A DNA stretch of 64,000 bases, taken from the NCBI GenBank assembly GCA_964016885.1, contig OZ024747.1, positions 28,396,001-28,460,000 on the forward strand, read 5' to 3'. Position 1 is the stretch's first letter, and every line of letters starts with the position of its first letter. Made by a program: the position numbers and the translations under genes. Positions 1-49,439 of this stretch are shown here, in pieces. The notes beneath the pieces were generated by a model. It was not told the origin of the DNA. It worked only from the letters and a program-made list of their open reading frames with translations, and ran no database searches. The DNA is from Eledone cirrhosa. Its lineage: Eukaryota.

Positions 1-323
1 ACTATGCTGGAAAGCATGGCGTCCGACCCTCTACCGATACTGCCAATCCACCGCCCTAATAATAATAATAATAATGATTTCTTTATTGGCCACAAGGGCT
101 GACATCAAGAAAAACATTACTGACGACACAGAACGGTACGATGTGGATTTTGTGCGTGTAAAGATTTTTATTATTTATAGGTTAACTTTGCCTTTCATCC
201 TTATGGGGTCGTAAAATAAAGTACCAGTAATGCATTGAGTAATTGCTGGCCTTGTGCCCCCAAAAAGTAGAAACAATTATTTATATAAGAAAAGAAAAAA
301 AAAGACATAGAAACATATATATA

Positions 324-3300
324 GGTATCTTAGTTTTTATGACGTTATATTGTTAATATTACTGCTGTTTTTCTGCTGTATTATTGATAAATTTTCGAAG
401 GTATCTTAGTTTTTATGACGTTATTATTGTTAATATTACTGCTGTATTAACTTCGGATATTTACCATGCGGTATTCTATTTCTATCGTATCTCTCTCGGT
501 TATTTACCATGTGACCCTCAGTGCCCCCCCTCTCTATGCCTCTCTGCCATTTCCACGGCTGCTGCTACTACTACCTAACTAACTCGCTCCTTCTCTGGCG
601 CAGCCCAACACACCCTGCCATTATCCCACCACCACTGTTCTTCTAGCCCTCAATTTTCCCACCGTTATGGATGGATGAGCTGAGAATAAATTTGAGCAAC
701 TCTGAATCAATAGATGAAATATGAATCTGCGAGCTACCAAGCACCCACGTGAAGTGCCAACCCAGAGACCCTCCACTACGAGTGTCGACAAATGCCCAAA
801 ACTCCGAGTTGGTACCATCAATGTAGGCTCAATGAAAGGAAGAGCAGGAGAAATCATAGAAATGCTAGAGCGAAAGGAAATTGACTATGCTGTGTGCAAG
901 AGACTAGATGGAGAGGAGAGTCTGCCAGAGTCCTCGTAGGAAAAAGTCGGTGCTACAAATTTTTCTGGGTGGGAAATGACGATGGGATGGGTGGTGTAGG
1001 TATACTACTAGCTGACAAGTGGGTAGATAAAGTAATCTCAGTGTACAGGGTAAATGCAAGAATCATTAAACTCAGACTAGTCCTGAATAAAACAATTACC
1101 ACAATAATATCAGCTTACGCACCCCAATCGGGGCTGCCAGACGAACTTAAGGATAGGTTTTACAAGTCCCTAATACACACTACTGCTCTAACAGACGACA
1201 AGGACTTCCTAATCATCGCAGGAGATTTTAACGGACACTTAGGTAAACACTGTGACGGCTTCAATAGAGTACATGGAGGCCATGAGGTTGGCACAAGGAA
1301 TGAGGAAGGATTCAGACTTCTAGAATTCTGCGACGCCAATGACATGTCGATATGTAACACAAACTTTAAAAAACCCGACAACCACCTGATCACCTATAGA
1401 TCAGGGGAGCACTCTAGTCAGTTAGATTTTATCCTCATCAGAGGACGTGACAGATGGACGGTCGTAAACACAAAAGCCTTCCCTAGTGAGGAATGTACAT
1501 CCCAACATAGCTTAGTTGTCAGCGACCTCACGGTCAGAACTAGACGAACCCGGAAACAGAGGCCAACCTGGAGAAGAAAGATCTGGAAGCTGAAAGTCCC
1601 CTCAACCAGTAACAGATTTAAAGATATTTTACTCAACGCCTACGACAGTAAAGAAGAACAGATAGAGACATTTAATGTAGAAGAGAACTGGGAGTTCCTA
1701 AAAAATAATTTACTAGAGGCGACGGATGAGGTCTGTGGCTGGAGTAAGACCTCAAGCAGGAGGAGAGTGACTTGGTGGTGGAACAATAAGGTAGATGAAG
1801 CAGTTAAGGCCAAGAGACAGGCATGGAAAGAATGGAAGAACGGGGGGAGCAGGGTACATTACATAGAGACCAAGAGGTAAGCTAGGCGACAAGTATACTT
1901 AGCTAGGAGGGAAGCAGAGGATAGAAAATTCAAGCATGTTTTACAACGTGAGGACCAGAAACAGGAGGTATACAAGATTGCGAGGCAGTGTGTCAGAGAT
2001 AGTTGTGATGTCATTGGAGAGAAGTGTATCCGGAATGATAAAGGTGAGCTTGCCCTCACAAGTGCTGAGAAGAAAGATGCATGGAAGAGTCATTATGATA
2101 GATTACTAAATGAGGAGAATGCATGGGAAGAAGAGACCCTACACCAAGTAGACCCTATAGAGGGACCAGCAGTGTAGTAAGTAAGGCAATCAAAGATATG
2201 AAGATGGGGAAGGCAACCGGTCCATCGGGTATAACTGCCGAGATGCTGAAGGCATCTGGGTCTGTAGGTCACACTATAACCACACGTATCGTTAACCAGG
2301 TAATACTAGAAGGGGCCATACCAAAAGATTGGTGCAGTAGCATCATTGTCAACTGCTACAAAGGTAAAGGTGATGCACTAGATAGAGGAAACTATAGAGG
2401 TATAAAGTTGATGGACCAGGTCATGAAAGTAACAGAAAGAGTTATAGCACAGGTGAATATAGACGAGATGCAATTTGGGTTTGTACCAGGAAGAGGCACC
2501 ACTGATGCCCTCTTCCTTGTGAGGCAATTACAGGAAAAGTACCTAGCTAAAAGTAAGCCACTCTACTTGGCATTTGTCGACCTTGAGAAAGCTTTTGACA
2601 GAGTTCCACGTGCTGTAATCTGGTGGGCTCTTAGAAAACTAGGAGTAGATGAATGGTTTGTGAAAGCGGTACAAGCCATGTATAGAGGAGCAGTCAGCAA
2701 AGTTAGGATTAGCAATGAGTATAGCGAGGAATTTAGCGTACAGGTTGGGGTCCACCAGGGCTCTGTTCTTAGCCCTCTCCTGTTCATCATAGTCCTGCAG
2801 GCAATAACGGAGGAGTTTAAGACCGGATGCCCATGGGAACTCCTGTATGCTGATGACCTCGCACTCATAGCTGAATCTATGGTAGAACTAGAGAATAAAT
2901 TCCAAACCTGGAAGCAGGGACTAGAAAGAAAGGGTCTCAAAGTCAACATGACAAAGACCAAGGTCCTTGTAAGTAGACGAGAAAACAGAACCCAGATCCC
3001 CTCAGGGAAATGGCCTTGCTCAGTATGTAGGAAAGGTGTAGGTAGGAACTCCATTCTCTGCCCCAAATGCAAACAATGGGTACACAAGAGATGTAGCGGG
3101 ATCTCAGGAAGCTTAATTAAGAATGTAGGATTCACATGCAGCAGCTGTGCTGAGACAGCAAGCAGCAAACAGCCACAGGAAACAAGTACCACCAATCTCT
3201 GGGAGGGCCCTGTAGAAACAGTAGACAGCTTCTGCTACCTAGGTGACCGAATTAGCAACGGAGGTGGGTGTTCAGAAAGTACAATAACTAGGGTAAGAAC

Positions 3301-4114
3301 GGGATGGAAGAAGTTTAGGGAACTACTACCACTGCTAGCTGCAAAAGGCTTCTCCCTCAGAATGAAAGGCAGACTGTATGATGCGTGTATCTGAACAGCG
3401 ATGTTGCATGGTAGTGAGACCTGGGCGCTAAAGGTGGAAGACTTACGTAGATTAGAGAGAAACGAAGCCTGCATGCTCCGATGGATGTGTAACAGTAATA
3501 TACGTGAACGACAAAGCATAAATGAATTGAGAGAGAGACTGAGCATAAGAGGAATCAAATGCTGTGTGCAGGAGAGGCGGTTGCGCTGGTATGGACATGT
3601 GATGCGTATGAAGGATGACAGCTGCATAAAAAGGTGCAGAGCACTAGAAGTCGATGGAAACCGCGGAGTGGGGAGACCCAAGATGACCTGGGATGAGGTG
3701 ATAAAAGCCGACCTTACCCAATTACACCTCTCAGACAATGACACACGACCGTAACTTCTGGCGTCACGCAGTAATACAGAGTACCCGACCTCCCATGGGT
3801 ACAAGCTGAAGCATATAGACAATATGCCCCCACCCCCCCACCGCAAGGTGGTCGTGGAGGTGCCACGGCAAAAAAGCACCCAGCCCACACTGTAAAGTGG
3901 ACGTGTAGGCGCCACGAAAAAGCACCCAGCACTCACTGTAAATGAGGTTGGTGTTAGGAAGGGCATCCAGCTGTAGAAATCAAGCCAAATCAGTTCCTGT
4001 ATGAGCAAGGCATGGTCAGCCGACCAGACACTGCCCACAACAGGACAACCCGTCTAACCCATGCTAGCGTGGAAGAACGGACGTAAAACGGTGATGATGA
4101 TGATGATGATGATG
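324..4114 (+). mobile_element. Near full-length RTE-clade LINE (APE endonuclease + RT), disrupted
   Basis: APE motifs (GTINVG, QETRW, SAYAPQ, GDFNGH, SQLDFIL) at 721-1880; RT motifs (FVDLEKAFDRV, QGSVLSP, YADD) at 2123-3394; frameshifts and stops near 894, 1878, 2170, 3392; (GAT)n tail. Confidence 0.95.
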
Positions 4115-4472
4115 AAACAATAAAAATGAAAATTGAAACAATGAAAAATTCCCCAATAGGGGGGAAACCTCCGAGGGTTACTCATGGCGAAAACCACACA
4201 AAAGACCACGGCCACCCTGACCACCAGGGCAAGCGCCCTCTCTCAATTTTTCCATTTCTCAAATAATAATAATAATAATTGTTTCTACTTTTGGCACAAG
4301 GCCAGCAATTACCCAGTGCATTACTGGTACTTTATTTTATCGACCCCGTAAGGAGGAAAGGCAAAGTTAACCTCAGCAGGATTTGAACTCAGATCAGAAA
4401 GGGGCGTAACTCTGTGCTACAAAGCATGTTGTCCGACCCTCTACTGACACTGCCAAACCACCACCCTTAATA

Positions 4473-4506
<34 letters not shown>

Positions 4507-6273
4507 GTAGTGAATGTAAGATGCTTGCCCAGGAAGAGTAGAAGAGGAGGCATGACAACATTGCCAAATTGGTTCATTGGAAGCTCTGTCATATGTATGA
4601 TGTGAGCAGAAATGAGAAATGGTATGAACACCAACTGGAAAAGGTGGCTGAAAATGAAAAGTATAAGATCTTGTGGGACATGACCATCCAGTGCAATCAT
4701 TTTATTGTGGCTAGAAAGCCTGACATTGTTGTAGTAGAAAAGAAGAATAACAAGGCATATATGGTGGATATTGCTTCACCATGGGACCACAGGGTGAATG
4801 AGAAGGAAAGTAAGAAAAGTTGAGAAAAACCAGCAGCTGAACAGAAAAATCAGGAAACTGGAGAATCAGACACATAAAAGTGGTATTGATTGTGGTTAGC
4901 ACACTGGGAGCAGTTAGTAGAAGGGTGGATGCATGGCTTGAGAAGCTAGGAATTATCATCAGGACGGGATTGTTGCAGAAAACACCCTTGTTGGAAAATA
5001 GAAGGCAAAGGAATGACCCAAAGGACCTTTGACCTTTGGTTATGGTTCGCTCTTTTGGTATAGTCAGTATAACATCTGCCAGAACAAAAGTGTTATGAAT
5101 AATCATAATAATAATAATATTATAGTCAAAGACCTCAAAGAAAAAAAGTCTTCTAATAGATGTATCAATCCCCACAGATGACAATATATCTTCCAAGGAA
5201 ATTGAGAAACTCTCCAAATGTGGAAAATGAAAACAGAAATAATACTTATAATAATAGGTGCTCTTGGAATCATAAAAAATACACAGACAAATACATAACC
5301 AAAACCCCAGGACTTACGAATATATACAGCATACAAAATATAGCACTACTAGGCATTGCTGCCCACATATTACAAAAAGTAGTATCAATGCAATAGAAAC
5401 AACATCAGCAAAACTACTGCTCGGTAAAGCAGTAATGATGTACAATAAAATTAGTGGTGATAATAATAATTTAATAAATATTTCTAATTTAGGCGCAAGG
5501 CCAGTATTTTGTAATAAATAGTTGTTATAAATTATATAATTCCAATAGGTGGCTGATCAATACATTGTGAAATCTTTGACATTTAGTGAGGAACTGCCAG
5601 TTAGTGGGGAATGGAATTTAGAAGATGGTTTTCTTCCTCTTTATTGTTCCATAATATTCTCAGATCTTTCATGTTTGGTATCCATTTTGACAATTTCTGG
5701 TATATTAGAATGAAGGTCTACAACACAAAAGAATAACATCAACAACATCATCATCATCATTGCCAACATCAATAACATTATCAACATCAATAACATCAAC
5801 AATATCAGCATCATTATCGCCATAACCAACAGCAATATCAGCACCATCAACAACACCACAACACCACCAACATCATCAACCACATCAAAAACAATATCAA
5901 TAAGATTATTAACAACATCATTAATACCATCAACACCATCAGCATCTACATCATCAACATCGACGATATTAACATCAACATCATCAGTAACAATATCGTC
6001 AACAATATCAACAACTACATCAAAATCATCAACAACATCATCATTGCTAACATCAACATCATTATTAACCTCTTCAGTGCCATAGATCAGATAACTCATC
6101 CTAACATGTATGCATTCCTGTGCCACAGACGAGATAACTTGTCCTAACATGTTTGAACACTTTTCCAACAGTTTATAACTTCAAAGTTATGAACTCGTTT
6201 CCAACAGTTCATAACTTCAAAGTTATGAACTCGTTTCTAAAACTTCATAACTTCGAAGCTAAATGGGGTTACT
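4115..6273 (+). repeat. Direct segmental duplication: 61-323 plus 4115-6273 matches 53219-55686
   Basis: Near-identical sequence over about 2.4 kb with a few private indels in each copy. Confidence 0.95.
4507..5460 (+). mobile_element. Two 3' fragments of R4/Dong-like (restriction-like endonuclease) non-LTR retrotransposons in (TAA)n
   Basis: RHDNIAKLVHWKLC...ILWD...ARKPDIVVV...VDIASP motif; each fragment bounded by (TAA)n tracts. Confidence 0.8.
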
Positions 6274-6680
6274 TTTTCAAATTCTAAATCACTCAAGTGC
6301 CTCAATAATTCATAAGATATCTACTAATATAATAGCCTTGTGTATTTGTCCATCACACACTAGAGATGACTGATTATGCTGACTGAGGAAGAAAGGGGTG
6401 ATTACGTTGACTGAGGAAAGAAAGGATGTCTAATACACATACATCTATGTGATAACTGAGAAAGGGGGGGGGGAGAAACTATAGAAGTCCAGTGTTCTAA
6501 AATTCGTTATAGCTGTGTGAGTGAGCCTGAAAGAACCAGCCAGCCAACAAACAAACATCTCTTTTTTATATTATGTATAGATATTACAATTGGCTGTCAT
6601 TTTCTATAGCATGGGGCCCTATAGTATATTAATATTTCATGAACTCATGAGATGGCAAAAGAAACAAGAATTAGATGTCA

Positions 6681-11372
<4,692 letters not shown>

Positions 11373-12475
11373 CTTCAATTACTAAAACTTTAACAAAAAA
11401 TACAAGATAAAATATAAATGTACAAATAATATGATAGTGAATTGGAAGAATCATTAGGGCGTCAAATTATAAATGCCTCAATATCTTTCTGCCGTAAGTC
11501 CAGATGAGGTCAACTTTCAAGGTCAATGAATAAAGTACTAGTCCAATATTTAGGGGCATATTTTCTCTCTTTCTTACCTTTACTAGAAGAAATCAGGTGC
11601 ATACAAACTTGAAGAGGGATGAGTTCTGCCAGGTTTAAAATGTCACGACACGCCATGTGTCAGAATGGTGTTCCTACAATTCCACCAGGACTTAAGTGCC
11701 CTTCACCTTTACCTCTTTTTACAAACATTTATATTTAGTTACTGGACTTTTTGAACTACTCTTGCACTGCACTAATCTTCCATGACCTTCCACCCTCTTC
11801 TTTGTTGCTTTTTTTTTTTTGCTTTTCATCTTGTTTCCCTTTCCTGATGTCTGATACATTGAAACACTGTAACTAATAAGACTATGTTATTGCATCTTTG
11901 TGTTTGTCTTGTTATTCTAGAACTATACCCTCTTGTGTACCCAAGACTTGCATATCAAACAGAGCTATTTCCCTGATGGGATCAGGGTTCTATTTTCTTT
12001 CCTACTTACTAACTAACACCTTAGCCTTTGCTAAGGCTACTTTCAGCCATTTTGATTTTAAATTGTTTCCACACTTGGAACTTATTCTCTAGTTCTTCTT
12101 TGCTGTAACACTAGTTTAAGCAGACTGAACAAGCCACATTACAAGTAACTAATAATAACTAAGAAAAGGAGAGGAAATAAAAAGGTGTTCAACTCTTCAT
12201 TGAGTTGAAGGGACATGCTGACTCATGGAAGAGAGAGAGAGAGAGAGAGTGTGTGTGTGATAAAAAGAGATAGAAAAGAAGAACCAACCTCGGTATTGAA
12301 TTGGTACTTGATTTATCGACCTTAAAAGCATGAAAGGTAAAGTTGACTTTGATGGGATTTGCACTTGTAGTGCAGTGAGTCGGATCTGGGCACCACTTAG
12401 GGATCAAACCGATAAACAGATAGCTGATCAGATAAATAGTTTAGTAGATGATAAGAATTCCACTACTACCTCTAT

Positions 12476-12513
<38 letters not shown>

Positions 12514-14147
12514 GGTAGAGGATGACAAAATCAGGTGATTTGGTCTCATGACCCCTCCTCCAGGAATAGTAGTAGTAGTAGTAGTAGTAGTGATGACAGT
12601 GGTGGTGGTGGTGCATGTGGTAGGGATGGTGGTGGTGGGGGTAATAGCCTAGATCACATAATATGATGCTGATCATATGATAAAGGAGACAATAGAAATG
12701 TAGAGACAATGAAAGAGAGGAGAAGAGAAAGAGTGGGAGTTATTGGACTGAAAGAAAGGGAGTTGGTGAGGAGGGAAGTTGAATGATAGAGAGGGCAGAA
12801 ATGAGAGAAGCAAAGAAGAAAGGGTTATAATTAAAGTAGAGAGTAAGAATGGAATTCACCTCCATCGGTTTTGACAATGAATGTTCCAGTTGTCCAATCA
12901 ACAGAACAGCCTGATCATGAAATTAATGTGTAAGTGGCTGAGCATTCTACAGATAAATAAGTATATGTATGTGTGTGTTGAACCTCTGTCAGATGCGATG
13001 ATGAATGTTCCAGTTGTTATCAATAGAACAGACTGATCATGAAACTAATATGTGAGTGGCTGAGTATTCCACAGACATGTGCCCTTAACATAATTCCCAG
13101 GGTAAGTGGTTATGTATTCCACATCTATGTGTACCTTTAACATAATCCTCTGAGAGAATTTGGCATGATGCAGTATGTGACAAGGTTGGTCCTTTACATT
13201 ATTGGTACAGTCCATCTGATGAGCTTCTGTACAGTTTGTGTTTACATAATTTCTTTGTTTTCTTTCTACCTCCGACTCACTTTTGAATGAAAGAATCATC
13301 ATCATCATCAGCAGCAGCAGCAGCAACAGCATTAAATATCCATTGGCTTTGCTAGCAAGGTTTGGACATACATATGTAAAAATTAAAATGAAAGAAAGAA
13401 TGATACCACCTCTGATTTTATATCTACAAAAAAAAATTAGAATGTGATGTATTCCTATTTCTTATGTTTATTGACTCTTCATTTTCTACTTGACTGATGA
13501 TGACATTAGTGTTGAAGGTCAGTAAATGAAGTACCAATCCAGTACTGGGGATAATTCTCTCTCTGGAAGACGGCTGTTGTGTTCCAACTCAGAGAGGGAT
13601 GGGCTCCACCATGTTTCAAATGCCCAAGACATGCTGCGTGTTATAACAACACACCTACAACTCTATTGTGTTATAACACACACCTACAACTCTATTGTGT
13701 TATAACAACACACCTACGACTTTATTGTTATGATAACACACTTAAGACTCTATTGTGTTATTTTGGCACCCCTACAACTCCATTTATTATGACAGCAACC
13801 CTATGATTCTATTGTGTTATGAAGGCACCTCTATGACTCCATCTGGAGTTAAGGACCCTTTACCTTATAATAGGAAGGTTGTATAGTAATTATAAGAGAT
13901 AATATAAGTCTGGGAAAATCAGATCATATAGCTATGCAGAAGAAAGCAGACCTTAAATGATTATGATGATGACAGAACTGAAACACATTTTAAATTGAAT
14001 ATAGTGTATAAATAGCAGGTCAAATTGGTGTTGAATGTGCAGATAAATGATAAATTACAGGCTGTGTTAATGTGTTAATAAAGACTATGAATGTAGAAGG
14101 ATTAAGTTACTTGGAAGCAAAGAAATGAATAAGCAAACATTTTATTG

Positions 14148-15210
14148 TACGATGGTGGGTTGAAAAGTTTATGAATTGACTATGATGGAATAAGGCTAGA
14201 GCTGTGAAATCATGCATGCATTAATTTCAACTCTTCATTAATAATTGCATTGTTTTTCTCCTGGTAATCTGACAGCTGACTGTTCAAAGAAAACTTCAAA
14301 AGTAACTAGTTGTGACTCCTCTTGAAAATTGACAAAATTTGGCATCACAGTGCTCTGAAGTACCTGCAGAAAAAGGGTTTATTCCCCCAAGGACATTCAT
14401 GCTGACATGGTTGTTACATTAGAAGATACTACCCCAGATTTATCAACAGTGTAAAAGTGGGCAGTTGAATTTAGGAGGGGAAGGGAGAATCTTGAAAATG
14501 ACCCAAGTCCTGGAGATCTTGCAACTGCTACCACCAAGGAAAACATTGATCGTGTTCATCACATGGTGATGGATGACAGGTGATTGCCTATAAATCAAAT
14601 AGCCAATGCTATAAGCATATCCCATGAGAGAGTTGAGAATATTCTGCACAATGAACTTGGCATGACAAAGGTTTCTGCTCACTGGGTGCCATGTCTTCTG
14701 ACACCTGATCAAAAGTGAACTAGGCTGATCACATCACAGGAAAATCTGACATTGTTTGAGGCAGATCCAGTTGGTTTCCTTAAACGTTTCCTAATCCAGG
14801 ATGAGTGTTGGGCTCATCGTTTTGAGCCAGAGACAAAGAGACAATCCATGGTGTGGAAATACTCCTCTTGACCTACTCCAAAGAAGGCCAAGCTCGTTTC
14901 ATCTGCAGGGAAGGCGATGGTTTCAGTTTTTGGGAATGCAAAAGGTATTGTGTTAATTGACTAACTTCAAAAGGGCCACACCATTAGTGGAGAGTACTAT
15001 GCCAACTTGTTGAGGCAATTACGAAAAGCCACCAAGATCAAACACCCAGGAAAACTGACGAAAGTGATCTTGTTTCATTAGGACAATACTCCAGCACACA
15101 AACCTTTACTTTCAATGGATGCTGTGCATGACTGTGGCTTTGAACTGGTCGATCACACTCCCTATTCTCCTGATTTGGCCTATCTGACTATCATCTGTTC
15201 CCCAAATGTG
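14148..15210 (+). mobile_element. Mariner (Tc1/mariner) transposon remnant, pseudogenised transposase
   Basis: Translates to KVSAHWVPCLLTPDQK, QDECWAHRFEPETK, DNTPAH and HTPYSPDLA with several stops; left TIR-like tacgatggtgggttgaaaagtt. Confidence 0.9.
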
Positions 15211-15943
15211 TTAAATGTCGTAAGCCAGCAGAGATGTGCCTGTCATTGCATATTTTTTTTAAAGATGGCCATATATAGAACTGAGAAGTATTTTGATTTC
15301 TTAAAACTTTCAAAAATGTTCTGAGGCAGAACTGTCTACTACTACTACTACTACTACTACTTTTAGAGTATTTTCTGCTAAATCATTACAGGATCATCAT
15401 TATCATTGTTTTTACGTCCGTGTGTCCACGCTTGCATGGGTTGGATGGGTCCTTTTCAGCCCAGCATCTCTCCATTTATCGTGTTACTTTGTCATCTCCT
15501 CTGTGTGTCTCAGCAATTTAAGATCAACACTCATCACCTCTGCCCAGGTCTTCCTTGGTTTACCTCAACTGCAGCTTCCCTCCACTGGGATTTACTGGCA
15601 CCTCTTCACATAGATATTAAGAGTTAACAATACAGCAAATTTACGCACTGACTTATCTACCAGTAAAGACACTATAAACATTTGAATAGTCAAACCTGTT
15701 TTCAAATATTTTTGACTAATTTGAAAATGTAGTTGCCACAATACAGATAACTATAATAATAGATGATAACTATAGATCACAAAATGAGTAAAGTATCCCT
15801 GGAGATAGTCCATTTGTTTCCTGGAGTAATTTACTCAATTATCTATAGTTATCAACTATTATAGTAGTTATCTGCATTTTGGCAACTATATCTTGAAATT
15901 TCAAACAACAACAACAGTAGACTTGATTGATTTTTAAATTTAA

Positions 15944-15979
15944 TTTATTGCTATATCATCATGTATAAATTAATTTATT
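15944..15979 (-). terminator. Two AATAAA polyadenylation signals of cathepsin L copy B, in a 30-nt tandem duplication
   Basis: tttatt at 15944-15949 and 15974-15979 within repeated taatttattgctatatcatc, just after the stop codon. Confidence 0.65.
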
Positions 15980-15989
15980 GCTATATCAT

Positions 15990-46668
<30,679 letters not shown>

Positions 46669-46729
46669 CTGCAAATATTGGAAAGCAACACCATTGAGTA
46701 TTTCTCAAAGTGAGAGAAGATATAAGGGA

Positions 46730-47360
46730 TGACAAGGACAACTGATTTTGATTAAAGAAAGAGATTGAATAAAGAAACTTAACAGCTTTAAGGGTAAATT
46801 GGATCAGGAAAATGATAGATAAGTAGGACTATTCACCTAAATGTAGAATGTGCTATGAAATCAATGGGACTAAAGCTCAAATAGTTTCAGAATGCTCAAA
46901 ATAAGTATGACAAGTGCAGTTAAAAAACAGGCAACAATTCACTAGAATATTTGCCTTTAAATGCACAGAAAGAAGGTATGACTATGTAGTGAGAACAGAG
47001 GTGAGAAACCAGTGAAGTGTGACTGCTATGAGAACAACCCGGATATTGTAGTTAATAGTAAGAAGGGTAATACATATTTAGTAATTGCAACATATTCATT
47101 TGATGTTAGTGTTTTAAAAGGAGAAGGAAAAAGTAGACCATTACACTGACTTGAAATACGAAACCCATAAGTGTTGTTACACTAACTTAAAATATGAAAA
47201 TGAAAAAATAAAATATGAAAACCCCAAAAGAAGTTGACAAGAATATATCATTTAAAAGTACAAAGACCTGGAAATAGAGATCAACTGCATGTGGAGGGTA
47301 ACCACAAACCCTATCCCTGTGGTAATAGGAGCATTAGGATTAATACCCAAATTATCAGAC
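46730..47360 (+). mobile_element. Highly degenerate Dong/R4-like fragments
   Basis: CRMC...IVSECS knuckle remnant, PDIVV, KYKDLEIEI...PVVIGALG. Confidence 0.55.
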
Positions 47361-47863
47361 CTGCACCTTAGCACCCTTCCCTGCAAGATCATTATTTTTG
47401 TTGCTTGCCAATGTATGCAATGAGTTTCTCTACCCCAGGTCTTAAGAAGACATTTGGCAAGAATTGGAAACAAAACTGAAGGGAGGGGAAAAACACAAAT
47501 AATAATAATTGTTTCTACTTTTGGCAATCCACCGCTCAATAATAATAATAATTGTTTCTACTTTAGGCACAAGGCCAGCACTTACTCAGTACATTACTGG
47601 TACTTTATTTTATCGACCCCGTAAGGATGAAAGACAAAGTTAACCTCGGCAGGTTTTGAACTCAGACTGTAAAGGGACATAACTATGCTAGAAAGCATGG
47701 CGTCCAACCCTCTACCGATACTGCCAATTCACCGATAATAATAATAATGATAGTCAGATAGATGGGAGGTAATGGGTAGACAGAGAAGAAAATAAAGTTA
47801 GATACATAGATTGAGAGAGAGAGAGAGATTGATGAGAGCAGAGAGTACAAAATAGTTTGTTAC

Positions 47864-47917
47864 CTTTAGATATCAAATGAAAATGATAGTTGGACAATGT
47901 TTTCTTCACAATTTATA
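47864..47917 (-). promoter_or_regulatory. Putative core promoter (TATAAA, Inr-like TCATT) and short non-coding first exon of cathepsin L copy B
   Basis: Minus strand: TATAAA at 47917-47912, TCATT about 30 nt downstream (47886-47882), then AG|gtaac donor at 47864. The ATG exon begins directly after an acceptor, so an upstream UTR exon is needed. Confidence 0.6.
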
Positions 47918-48514
47918 GCTGAGGTCGACTGTCATTTGTTGAAAGTTGAGGCTCTTCAGTATTGCATATGAGGTAAGTCATGCAAGATAGTAAGATAGAT
48001 AGATAGTGAGAGAAGGAGAGAGGGTGAGGAGAAGGAGATAACACCAACAACAAAGTAAAATAGTTAGTAATAGTCAGAGGGAAATAACACCTGCATGAAA
48101 GGCAAATGAATAGTCAGAGACAGAAAGAGAGAGAGAAGGAGAAGGAGATAGAGAAAGAGAGATGGATGAAAGGGAGAGAAAGAGAAACAGAGAAAGAAAA
48201 CAAAAAAACACCACATATGTGAAAACTTTGAAAATTGTTGATTACAGGTAATACCAGTTAAGTAGTGGTGATAACAGGTGATACCAGTTAAGAGTCCGTG
48301 ATTTATCTTTGAGTGTATAGATGAAAAATGTACTTGGTAATAAGAGGGTCAAACATATTAAGATAAACGAACAGTTACAAGGTGAAGTGTAGTTTGGAGA
48401 GGAAAGACATTCAAAGTCATTGCCCTGCTGCAAGAGAAAATCAAAACTATTAATTATGAAACAAAAGAGGTACAATTCGAAACCATATTTCTTTTGCTGA
48501 AGTGGGAATGGGTT

Positions 48515-48970
48515 CAGATGTATAGTAGATATGGGACATCTGGTGAGGGACACTAGAGTTCAGGTGTATAGTAGATGTGGGACACTAGAGCTCAGATGTA
48601 TAGTAGATGTGGGACACTAGAGCTCAGATGTATAGTAGATGTGGGACATCTGGTGAGGGACACTAGAGCTCAGGTAAATAGTGGATGTGAGACATCCAGG
48701 GAGGGACACTAGAGCTCAGGTTTACAGTAGAGGTGAGACATCTGCTGAAGGACACTAGAGCTCAGGTGTATAGTAGATGTGGGATATCTGGAGCTCAGGT
48801 TTACAGTAGATGTGAGACATCTGGTGAGAGATACTAGAGCTTGGGTCTCCGGTAAATGGGGGACATCTGATGAGAGACACTAGAGCTCAGCTTTATAGTA
48901 AATGTGGGACATCTTGTAAGAGATACTAGAGCTCGGGTTTACAGTAGATATGAGACATCTGGAACTCAGG
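48515..48970. repeat. Minisatellite of 30-41-bp units (tagtagatgtgggaca..ctagagctcag)
   Basis: About 11 degenerate units. Confidence 0.85.
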
Positions 48971-49439
48971 TCAACCATAAGTATAGCATCTCTGTTGACT
49001 GATATCTGAAGCTCAAATGAGTGACATAAGGGACCTTGGTGAGGACATCTTAGACCTCTGGTGAATGATGTGTAGTTCTGGGACTTCTGGTATGTGAAAT
49101 CTGGTAACATCTGGCACCTCTGACAAGGGATATCTGGAGCTCAAGTCTGAGACCTCTGGTGGGTGACATCTAGGAAGTTCTGGTGATATATCTGGTGATA
49201 TATCTACATCAACATGGAATAATATCGAGCTATACATTGGTGATATGATATCTACATCAATATGTGATATCTGGCTATATATTGGTGATATATCTACATT
49301 ACCATATGATAATATCTAGCTATATATTGGTGATGTATCTACATTAACATGTGGTAATATCTGGCTATATATTGGCGATATCTTCACTTCAACACAGGGA
49401 TGCAAAAACACAATATGTGCTGCCAAAAAGTGATGTCAT

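Noticed and set aside
2563-4038. Antisense ORFs over the RTE elements (also 61211-62671)
   Set aside because: Shadow frames of the RT coding sequence.
5641-6168. D/V/L/M-rich 175-aa ORF
   Set aside because: Reverse strand of a CAT/CAA low-complexity repeat; frame is broken in the duplicate.
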